IMG/VR virus record: IMGVR_UViG_3300017747_002364
Location: 1-32,272 of that record
From: a virus
Taxonomy: Duplodnaviria > Caudoviricetes
DNA length: 32,272 bases
Reading direction: 5' to 3' (one strand)
Made by a program: the position numbers and the translations under genes. This document shows, in pieces, positions 1 through 7,318 of this stretch. Position 1 is the stretch's first letter. The number at the start of each line of letters is the position of its first letter. Below the pieces are notes generated by a model, which saw only the letters and a program-made list of their open reading frames with translations, was not told where the DNA came from and made no database searches.

Positions 1-120
1 GGGAAACTGATCCGCGCGATGGAGTTCTTGCCGGAGGATTACGAGAGCGCGACGGCAGAGCGCATCATGGAGATCCTGCCGACGATTCCGGCCCCGGAAA
101 CGATGCTTGCGGCTCTCTGA
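1..120 (+). CDS. 3' end of a hypothetical protein, truncated at the window edge (...GKLIRAMEFLPEDYESATAERIMEILPTIPAPETMLAAL*)
   Basis: Frame 1 is open from base 1 to TGA at 118-120, has GC3-rich codons and is followed by a terminator-like hairpin. Confidence 0.7.
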   Translation, partial: GKLIRAMEFLPEDYESATAERIMEILPTIPAPETMLAAL

Positions 121-141
121 TCCGCTTCCTGCCACCAGATG

Positions 142-168
142 CCCGGCGCTACCACAGGCCGGGTTTTT
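142..168 (+). terminator. Rho-independent terminator
   Basis: CCCGGC(142-147)/GCCGGG(158-163) stem followed by TTTTT, just after the partial ORF. Confidence 0.7.
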
Positions 169-260
169 CCCACCAATATCTGCCAGGATTTAGCGGTCTA
201 AAAATAGATCTCCAACAAAGGTTTCTGAGATATTTAGATTGTGTAGGTTGTTAGGCTACA

Positions 261-308
261 ATCCCAATATCCCAGAATCCTGTAATCCCAGTATCCTACA
301 ATCCTAAT
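261..308 (+). repeat. Six tandem 8-bp iteron-like repeats, ATCCYnnn
   Basis: atcccaat-atcccaga-atcctgta-atcccagt-atcctaca-atcctaat, exact period of 8. Confidence 0.85.
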
Positions 309-473
309 TCACTTTTGCCCACACTTTGCCCGGCCTCCAGACCACATAATATAACTACCACATACAATACACACACTGTTATTACCATGTATATATATAT
401 TTATAAATTTTTAAAATGGGGTAATAGTAGAGTAAGTAGTTTGAGGCTTGTCTGGCAGATTTAGGGTAGGGGA

Positions 474-502
474 TTGACAAGCCCCAGAGGATGGGGTAGA
501 AT
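474..502 (+). promoter_or_regulatory. sigma70-type early promoter
   Basis: TTGACA(474-479), 17-bp spacer, TAGAAT(497-502). Confidence 0.8.
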
Positions 503-582
503 GAGTTAGGATAGTGGGATTACAGGATTACAGTCTGGTCAGCCCATTTAGTGGTTTAATTGAATCTAGAGAGGAAACGAAA

Positions 583-1032
583 ATGATGAAACTACCGGCA
601 GGAATAGATAATAATCTGACAATGCGCCTATTGGTGTCTCTTGGCAATTCGCCATTGGCGGCACAATACAAGGAACTGGCTGCAAAAGGTTGGCAGTTTT
701 TTGTAGTTGATCAAGTTCGCGGTCGCTGCTATTATGGCCCGAAATACATTACCATTCCCCAATGGGCATTGTCGGAAGCACAGAACAAAGCAAAGCATAA
801 TTATTGGGTATGGTATGTTGCTCATGAAATGAGCCATGCTTACAATCCCGGTGATCATCATGGCGCACGATTCATGAATACTCTGAAGCAAATCTGCCCA
901 GAGGATTGTGTAGGATATGAACTCGGATACAAGCCGCAACAAGCAATGGCGGCAGGTATCGGATTCATTGCAGCAACGGCAGAAAAGGGCGCAAAACAGG
1001 AACTGGCAAATGATTGGATGCCAGATCTCTGA
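583..1032 (+). CDS. SprT-like zinc metalloprotease
   Basis: HEMSH (HExxH) followed by HHGARF, the SprT/YgjP pattern. Start moved to ATG 583, downstream of a GAGGA SD. Confidence 0.75.
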   Translation: MMKLPAGIDNNLTMRLLVSLGNSPLAAQYKELAAKGWQFFVVDQVRGRCYYGPKYITIPQWALSEAQNKAKHNYWVWYVAHEMSHAYNPGDHHGARFMNTLKQICPEDCVGYELGYKPQQAMAAGIGFIAATAEKGAKQELANDWMPDL

Positions 1033-1082
1033 GTAGTATGTTGTATCTATTCCAATCAATCCGCAATATCACATCACACCAT

Positions 1083-1101
1083 ATCTAATCTGGAGAATCT
1101 A
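1083..1101 (+). repeat. Start-associated 19-bp repeat ATCTAATCTGGAGAATCTA, copy 1
   Basis: Identical to 1427-1445 and contains the SD. Confidence 0.85.
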
Positions 1102-1104
1102 GCC

Positions 1105-1422
1105 ATGCCAATCATTCATCGCAGCATCATTGATATCAAGCAAGATCACAATGGCGTACTGTATCAAGTTGTGCGCCTGATTGATCACAACAATACGCAA
1201 TTCTTTGTAGAGGAAACTGTGCCAACCGTGGTGTATGATACGCCAGATCATCACGCAGCAATCCGGGATGGTGCAGAGTTTGCCGTGGAAGATCCCATGA
1301 ATATCATCCTCGCGCACAAGTGGAGAATTACCACTTCTCTGGCAATCCCGACCCGTTGTATGTCTGGCTGTTCTGTCTGCGAAGATGCAGATGGTGGTGC
1401 TAAGTACTATCGCGTATCGTAA
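1105..1422 (+). CDS. Hypothetical early protein
   Basis: 105-aa ORF with a GGAG SD inside the conserved repeat. Confidence 0.7.
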   Translation: MPIIHRSIIDIKQDHNGVLYQVVRLIDHNNTQFFVEETVPTVVYDTPDHHAAIRDGAEFAVEDPMNIILAHKWRITTSLAIPTRCMSGCSVCEDADGGAKYYRVS

Positions 1423-1426
1423 CTCA

Positions 1427-1445
1427 ATCTAATCTGGAGAATCTA
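1427..1445 (+). repeat. Start-associated 19-bp repeat, copy 2
   Basis: Identical to 1083-1101. Confidence 0.85.
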
Positions 1446-1449
1446 TATC

Positions 1450-1887
1450 ATGTCTGAATTCAACGAAAGAAAATTGTCATTCTCTATTTACGATAATAAG
1501 CCAATCAGCAAAGAACAATCTGCTGCATACATTGCAGAGTTTCTTGATTCCATGCCAGTCTCGACAATTGCAGCAATGCGGGAGACTGTGCTTGGCTTTC
1601 CTACTGGAAAGACTGAGATCACAAAGTGCATCGGCATCTGCAATAATCTGGATAAATTCTATCCCGATACTGGCAAGATTGTGACAATGCTTGCCTCACG
1701 TTCTTGGCAATACTATTCTGGGGATATTGTCTATCCAGTTGGCGGCAGGAAAGAATATGATGCCATGCGTATAATCGGCAATACTGCAAAATGGGAAGGT
1801 AAGTCTGGATGGAAACGTGCCAGACTTTGCCATCATATTGCCAGGATTTTACAGCTTGTCATTCTCAGCATGGAGTCTGCAAAATGA
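1450..1887 (+). CDS. Hypothetical early protein
   Basis: 145-aa ORF with GGAG SD and ATGA overlap with the next gene. Confidence 0.75.
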   Translation: MSEFNERKLSFSIYDNKPISKEQSAAYIAEFLDSMPVSTIAAMRETVLGFPTGKTEITKCIGICNNLDKFYPDTGKIVTMLASRSWQYYSGDIVYPVGGRKEYDAMRIIGNTAKWEGKSGWKRARLCHHIARILQLVILSMESAK

Positions 1888-2342
1888 ATACCACGACACC
1901 GCAAGATACCAGAGAATATGCGGAACTATTCGCACTATTCTCCAAAGCTGCAACTACTCTGCGTTATCCTGCGATCTCTTTCACGCTCGCAGACACTCGC
2001 AAGTGCAGACTGTATCTGGCAACAAAAGGATACATTGCAGTTAAAATCGAGGGAGAATATACCGGCAAGATACCAGACGCAGGACACTCCCTGATTCTCT
2101 ACAATCAAAGTAAAGAAATCTGGAATGAGATACGGCAATTCTGTCTCAGTCCTATTTCCCAGTCTCAGATCAAAGGCCGTAAATACGGCTATTGTTGTTT
2201 CTGTGGCAGAGATTTAGACAATGCATCCTCAGTATTTCATGGCTATGGCCCTATCTGTGCAGATAAGTATGGTTTGCCTTGGGGAGATAGGCCATCCACA
2301 GAGAAACCTGAGAAAACTGCAATCGAATTACCTGACCTGTAA
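1884..2342 (+). CDS. Zinc-finger protein (DUF6011-like)
   Basis: CCFCGRDLDNASSVFHGYGPICA matches the CxxCGRxL...SxxxGxGPxCA signature. Start at ATG 1884 (ATGA overlap, GGAG SD). Confidence 0.75.
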   Translation: MNTTTPQDTREYAELFALFSKAATTLRYPAISFTLADTRKCRLYLATKGYIAVKIEGEYTGKIPDAGHSLILYNQSKEIWNEIRQFCLSPISQSQIKGRKYGYCCFCGRDLDNASSVFHGYGPICADKYGLPWGDRPSTEKPEKTAIELPDL

Positions 2343-2375
2343 TCCAATCATCCCATCATACTCGGAGAATCTATC

Positions 2376-2453
2376 ATGCTATCTCTTACACTCAGCATCA
2401 TCGTCTTGATCGTAGCCATCATTGGTTACAATCACAATCGCACCAACTTCTGA
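2376..2453 (+). CDS. 25-aa single-TM membrane peptide (MLSLTLSIIVLIVAIIGYNHNRTNF)
   Basis: Not in the ORF track. Preceded by GGAGAATCTA, the same SD motif as neighbouring genes, and fills the intergenic gap. Confidence 0.65.
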   Translation: MLSLTLSIIVLIVAIIGYNHNRTNF

Positions 2454-2473
2454 AACTGACAAGGAACCTAATC

Positions 2474-3484
2474 ATGGCCAGGATTCTATGTGCTAAATCA
2501 GGTGTTCAATTCCAAGTTGAACACTTTCCCATTTCATTCACAATGGGAGAACTGCATCATCCGATCTTTGATGCACCTCTGAAACGACTCTGGAAATACT
2601 ACCCGAAATGGCAGTCTGCTGAACTTGGAGAAGTGGATTCCTACCTGCTATTCCTCGCACTTCTAAACGCGACTGAACTGGTAGAGTTCAGAACTGCCGC
2701 AATGCGAACTGGAAACACCGCACAGATTGTAGCTTCTAACATGCAATCTCTGGTTTCCTGCATCGGCAGAATCTCAGGAATCAAAACTCCCAGATTTGTC
2801 CTGCCTCGCTTTGTAGTATCTCGTGATACTGCAACTCTCGGCAATGTAAAGCATTGGATAGATATATGGGATTCTCAATACGCTGACTTTGTCAATGGAC
2901 TTGCACAGCAAGATCTACGTACAAAACTACAGAAACGTGAATCAGCTCTGGAAAGATTGATCAAAAATCCCTCCATCAAACCAGAACGCTATGCACACCT
3001 ACTTGCACAATGGGCAGCGGAAGCAGCAGCGTTTCCTGTATTCACCACAAATATCAGAGGCACAATTCTACCTCTCTCAGAATACTGGAAAGATCTAATT
3101 ATCAAATGCTATTCCAGTATAGACATAATTCAAATCAATCGCGACGATCTGGTAGAACTCATTGAGCATTGCGAAGATAATCTGGAGAACTACAGCATGG
3201 GCAGCATATTCTCCCATCAGTTATTCTCTACTCTGCGTGGCGGATTGCAGACAATAGATGGATTCTTTTCTATCGGCAGTCCTACATTCTCCATTCTCTC
3301 AGACAATGATGATGTAGGTGAATCAAACCTGCAACTACTCATTAATGATGCACCTGCATTTGAACCGCACAGGAAAGATTATCCCACTGAGTTTGCATAC
3401 TTGAAAGCCAGAATGAAATGGAGATTGGCATCTGCATCCACACCCACATCTACCACAAAAATCACCGGACTGGGAGAGATCTAA
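2474..3484 (+). CDS. Hypothetical protein (336 aa)
   Basis: Long ORF with AAGGA SD; no recognisable motif. Confidence 0.85.
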   Translation: MARILCAKSGVQFQVEHFPISFTMGELHHPIFDAPLKRLWKYYPKWQSAELGEVDSYLLFLALLNATELVEFRTAAMRTGNTAQIVASNMQSLVSCIGRISGIKTPRFVLPRFVVSRDTATLGNVKHWIDIWDSQYADFVNGLAQQDLRTKLQKRESALERLIKNPSIKPERYAHLLAQWAAEAAAFPVFTTNIRGTILPLSEYWKDLIIKCYSSIDIIQINRDDLVELIEHCEDNLENYSMGSIFSHQLFSTLRGGLQTIDGFFSIGSPTFSILSDNDDVGESNLQLLINDAPAFEPHRKDYPTEFAYLKARMKWRLASASTPTSTTKITGLGEI

Positions 3485-3864
3485 TGTCACCCGTAAATAT
3501 CCAATCGCCGCAATCGGAACTGTTTCCTATTCCTGCATCTCGTGCTGATTCTCTGCTCATTAAATCTGGACTGCGTTTCTATCTGGCAAATGTATTCGCA
3601 ATTCCTGCCCCCATTGTGGATCGCTACTTCTCGTACTATAAACTACTGTACTGGACAGGGCATCATACAATTGACTCAATCGAGGCAGGTATGATTGTCA
3701 GAGATAACATTGCATTCTATGTACGTTATCATAACGATCTCACAAGAGGAGCAATCCTGCGTAATCCTACTGCACAGTACGCACTTTCATTTCGTAATCC
3801 TAAGCCAGGATTTGGCGATCCAGTAGTTCTAGTTTCCATATCTTCGCCATCCTCCCACAAGTAA
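3484..3864 (+). CDS. Hypothetical protein
   Basis: TAATG overlap with the upstream gene and GGAG SD; start at ATG 3484. Confidence 0.65.
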   Translation: MSPVNIQSPQSELFPIPASRADSLLIKSGLRFYLANVFAIPAPIVDRYFSYYKLLYWTGHHTIDSIEAGMIVRDNIAFYVRYHNDLTRGAILRNPTAQYALSFRNPKPGFGDPVVLVSISSPSSHK

Positions 3865-3887
3865 TCTGATCTGAGGAATCTAATCAA

Positions 3888-5594
3888 ATGTCTAAACTAT
3901 CCGAACTGATTGCTCGCGCAAAAGAAAAGGCAGCAGCAATGCAGCCAACTACGCGGCCCACCATTATCGCAGAGGAAGTGGCACCTTCCACAATACCAGA
4001 ATCTCTGCGTACTGCTGTACATACCGGCATTGATCGCTACGGCAAAGTGATTGAATACAACGCTGAACAATGGCGTTTTATTCAGACTGTGCTATCTGGC
4101 AAGTCTTGCATCCTGATTGGTGCAGCAGGTACAGGTAAAACAACATCTACTCGCGGTGCAATAGAGGAACTGCTACGTTCCAAACATATTCCTCCAATTG
4201 CAGACACGCACAAACATCTGCCATATAGCACACCTGCAATTGTCGCAGTTAGCTATACTCGTCGTGCTGTGATGAATCTCAAGAAAGCATTGCCGGAGGA
4301 ACTGAAAGATAACTGTGTAACAATTCATAAACTGCTAGAGTATCAGCCAGTATTCTATGAAGTGTTCGATGAAGTATCTGGCGAATACAAAAAGACTATG
4401 CGATTCGAACCTGCGCGCCATGCAGGAAATCCATTGCCTCGTAATATCCGCACCATTATCATAGATGAATCTTCTATGGTATCTGTAGATTTATTCTACA
4501 AAATCTGGACTGCACTTGCTGATCCTATGTCTGTGCAATTCATATTTCTCGGAGACATTCAACAGCTGCCTCCAGTATTCGGATCTGCTATTCTCGGATA
4601 CAAAATGCTCTCATTACCTACCATAGAACTGGTAACTGTATATCGTCAGGCATTAGAGTCACCAATCATCAGACTTGCACACCGCATTCTATCAGGTGTT
4701 CCAATTCCTGTGACTGAATTCGAGTCACTAAACGTGCCAGGAAAACTCAAGCTGCATCCTTGGAAGAAGCGTATCAATTCAGATTCTGCGCTACTCACGC
4801 TTGCCGCATTCTTTAAACAAGCATACGATGCGAAGCATTATCTGCCAGAAGAAGATATGATTCTGATTCCATTCAATAAGGCTTGCGGTACTGATGAATT
4901 GAATCGGCACATTGGCAATCATATTGCACGCTCCAAACAGCTTGTAACTTATGAAGTAATCGCAGGCTATGAGAAGCATTACTTCTCTATCGGAGAGAAA
5001 CTTCTGTATGAAAAAGAGGATGCTACTCTGGTAGGAATCAAACGCAATCCAGTATATGCAGGTAACTGGCCGCAATCTCCATCGCCGCATCTTAATTACT
5101 GGGGACACATTGATGATTCTGCTGAGGAATCTGCGCTAGAAACTGGCACAGAAATAGACTCTGAGAATCCAGAAGATATAGATGATCTTCTCGCAAACAT
5201 GACAGCAGATGTAGAGGATCGTGTGCGGGAAGCATCTCACATTCTCACAATCAGGATGAATGATACTGAGCGAGAGATTGAAGTTAAGTCTGCGGCAGAA
5301 ATCAATAGCCTGCTAATGGCATACGCTCTTACAGTACATAAGTCTCAGGGTTCTGAATGGCGCAAAGTGTATTTCATGATGCATCATTCTCACAACACAA
5401 TGATTCAAAGAGAACTGCTATATACTGGATGCACTCGCGCCAGAGAGGAACTCTATGTAATCTGTGAGCCTGATAGTTTCTCGAAAGGAATCACAGGCCA
5501 GAGAATCCGTGGCAATACGCTAGCTGAGAAAGCTGAGTTCTTCAAAGGCAAGCTAGATTCTGGAGAAGAATCACTAATCAGCCAGATGATGTAA
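3888..5594 (+). CDS. Superfamily 1B DNA helicase (RecD2/Dda-like)
   Basis: Walker A GAAGTGKT, motif II DESSM, III GDIQQLPPV, IV YRQ, V AYALTVHKSQGSEW, VI LLYTGCTRA. Confidence 0.93.
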   Translation: MSKLSELIARAKEKAAAMQPTTRPTIIAEEVAPSTIPESLRTAVHTGIDRYGKVIEYNAEQWRFIQTVLSGKSCILIGAAGTGKTTSTRGAIEELLRSKHIPPIADTHKHLPYSTPAIVAVSYTRRAVMNLKKALPEELKDNCVTIHKLLEYQPVFYEVFDEVSGEYKKTMRFEPARHAGNPLPRNIRTIIIDESSMVSVDLFYKIWTALADPMSVQFIFLGDIQQLPPVFGSAILGYKMLSLPTIELVTVYRQALESPIIRLAHRILSGVPIPVTEFESLNVPGKLKLHPWKKRINSDSALLTLAAFFKQAYDAKHYLPEEDMILIPFNKACGTDELNRHIGNHIARSKQLVTYEVIAGYEKHYFSIGEKLLYEKEDATLVGIKRNPVYAGNWPQSPSPHLNYWGHIDDSAEESALETGTEIDSENPEDIDDLLANMTADVEDRVREASHILTIRMNDTEREIEVKSAAEINSLLMAYALTVHKSQGSEWRKVYFMMHHSHNTMIQRELLYTGCTRAREELYVICEPDSFSKGITGQRIRGNTLAEKAEFFKGKLDSGEESLISQMM

Positions 5595-5625
5595 CAACTC
5601 TGGTAGCTATGGAAGTGGAGGGGTC

Positions 5626-5654
5626 TTGACAACCCTCCCTTCCTAGTGCATAAT
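5626..5654 (+). promoter_or_regulatory. sigma70-type promoter for the recombination/replication genes
   Basis: TTGACA(5626-5631), 17-bp spacer, CATAAT(5649-5654), in an intergenic region. Confidence 0.8.
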
Positions 5655-5746
5655 GCCAACACTCTCACAAGAGAGCGCATCTCCACACTCAGTATCACAA
5701 CCGTAGTACAACCCGCAGCATAATTTCCCTAGAAAGGAAAACTGAA

Positions 5747-6391
5747 ATGAGCGAAGTCACCAATCAAGCCGATGTGCAAGCCAACTTCGACAACAAGATC
5801 GACGTGAAAGAATTCAAGTTTCACTTCAAGACTGTCAAGGACAAGGAATCTGGCATCGAAAACAAGCGTCCTTCTGTGGAACTGAAACTTCCGGTTCCTT
5901 CTGTCGAAGGTGTTGTGGATATTCTCAAAGCTGGCGGCAAGCAACTCGAACTGTTGCTGTCTGCTGTGGAATCCATCGTCGTCGCGCAGGCTCGCAGCAT
6001 TCTGAATGACAATGATGGCATGACTGCTGCTGATTTCCCGATGCCGCAATGCACCTGGGAATTCATCGCCAACATGCCCGATGCAGAGAAGCGTGGCCGT
6101 GGTATTCCCAAGGAAGTCTGGGAAGAATTCGCTGCTGATTACATCGCTGTTATGCCGGGCGCTACTGGCAAATCTGTTGAGCAAGTTACTCTTGCTGCTC
6201 AACTGTTCGTCGGCAAGTTCCAGAAGGTCAAGACCAACAAGCCTGTCATCACCAAGCTGCGTGAGCAACTCGCTGTTTATTTCAACAACAGCACGCAAGC
6301 TGAACAATTCACCGACTGCGTGAAGTTCCTGGATGAAAAGGCAGAGACTCTGCTGCAAGCAGACGAGACTGCGCTCCTGGCAAACCTGTAA
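5747..6391 (+). CDS. Hypothetical protein, probably highly expressed
   Basis: 214 aa, AAGGA SD, C-ending codon bias (AAC, TTC, ATC); first gene after the promoter. Confidence 0.9.
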   Translation: MSEVTNQADVQANFDNKIDVKEFKFHFKTVKDKESGIENKRPSVELKLPVPSVEGVVDILKAGGKQLELLLSAVESIVVAQARSILNDNDGMTAADFPMPQCTWEFIANMPDAEKRGRGIPKEVWEEFAADYIAVMPGATGKSVEQVTLAAQLFVGKFQKVKTNKPVITKLREQLAVYFNNSTQAEQFTDCVKFLDEKAETLLQADETALLANL

Positions 6392-6414
6392 TCTGCTGTT
6401 GCAGTAGCCATAAT

Positions 6415-6451
6415 TTAGGGCTAGGGAATCTAATAAATTCTCTGGCCCTAA
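6415..6451 (+). promoter_or_regulatory. RNA stem-loop (processing, stability or weak terminator)
   Basis: TTAGGGCTAGGGAAT / ATTCTCTGGCCCTAA pair fully if two G-U pairs are allowed; no U tract. Confidence 0.6.
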
Positions 6452-6455
6452 TCTT

Positions 6456-6710
6456 ATGTCCATCGAACAGCAGTACTCCCGCTATCTTCCAATATGGAAA
6501 GAATTAAAAGCAAAAGGAAAGTGCAGAATTACTGCACCTCCAACAGCGCACCGTCGCATAATCAAAGCGGTGAAAAAGCGCAGAGATAAGGACACAGAAT
6601 TTCTCTACGAACTTGCAGAGTCTAACAAGTCTCACAGACTTCGCATTGAAATTGCAGGTTCGATTATCACATTCACATTGAATACATTTCTCACACTCAG
6701 AGGATTATAA
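6456..6710 (+). CDS. Small basic hypothetical protein
   Basis: 84-aa K/R-rich ORF that fits the operon spacing. Confidence 0.7.
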   Translation: MSIEQQYSRYLPIWKELKAKGKCRITAPPTAHRRIIKAVKKRRDKDTEFLYELAESNKSHRLRIEIAGSIITFTLNTFLTLRGL

Positions 6711-6712
6711 AC

Positions 6713-7000
6713 ATGACACAGGCCACACAAGCTGCCGCAGTACAGATGCCAGAAGATCTGAAAATCAAACTGGCCGAATTGCAGGAATCAATTCTGTCTG
6801 CACATCCTCGTCTGCCTATTCTGTTGCGTGATATTCACAAGCAACTGAAAGAGGATGCAAGCATTGTCACAATTCTTACCGATGAGGAAATAGAAATAGT
6901 GGTATCAGGTCTGAAGAAGCAAACCACTACTGAGATAACACAGGCTGCAATCAAGGCCAGGATTCCCAAAGGGAAATCTATCACGCTCGCCGATCTGTGA
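6713..7000 (+). CDS. Hypothetical protein
   Basis: 95 aa, GAGGA SD. Confidence 0.8.
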   Translation: MTQATQAAAVQMPEDLKIKLAELQESILSAHPRLPILLRDIHKQLKEDASIVTILTDEEIEIVVSGLKKQTTTEITQAAIKARIPKGKSITLADL

Positions 7001-7015
7001 TAGGGAGCACACAAT

Positions 7016-7318
7016 GTGGCTAGTAACTCTCCAATTGCTGTCCTTTACTGCGATCTGCGTCTGCGTCGTGGGATTAATTTCTCTGACTACAAGATACTGG
7101 CGGATTGGCTTTGTCTGTATTGTTATCAGCCAGCTAATCATCGCTACCATGTCAGCCGCGATCTCGGTGTGGCTCTTGCAATATTCTGGGATGGCAACCT
7201 AACTGCGGCGTGGCACTGCTATAACGACTGCACACATTTCAATCCACTCATTCAAGAAGAAATACTACAATGGATACTGACCTCAGAATCAAAGCACTTT
7301 CCTATTCATCTCTCTTAA
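7016..7318 (+). CDS. Hypothetical protein (alternative: overlapping 2-TM ORF 7014-7202)
   Basis: GTG start after GGAG; overlaps the nuclease gene start by 49 bp; reading frame is ambiguous. Confidence 0.5.
   Translation: MASNSPIAVLYCDLRLRRGINFSDYKILADWLCLYCYQPANHRYHVSRDLGVALAIFWDGNLTAAWHCYNDCTHFNPLIQEEILQWILTSESKHFPIHLS

Larger units (their letters stand above)
240..535. other. Putative replication origin (iterons, AT-rich core, inverted iterons)
   Basis: Longest non-coding stretch in the window. 276-298 recurs inverted at 507-529 (22/23 identical), flanking a pure A/T run at about 390-417. Origin function is inferred. Confidence 0.55.

Noticed and set aside
261-308. Possible CRISPR or mini-array, given the Cas4-like gene
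   Set aside because: The repeats are 8-bp tandem units without spacers; solo Cas4-like nucleases are common phage recombination enzymes; no other cas genes
514-582. Upstream GTG start for the SprT-like gene given in the ORF track
   Set aside because: It lies in the inverted iterons at the predicted transcription start; ATG 583 has a proper SD
5729-6463. 244-aa antisense ORF opposite the 5747 gene
   Set aside because: Shadow of a strongly codon-biased gene; no SD or motif, and against the direction of the arm
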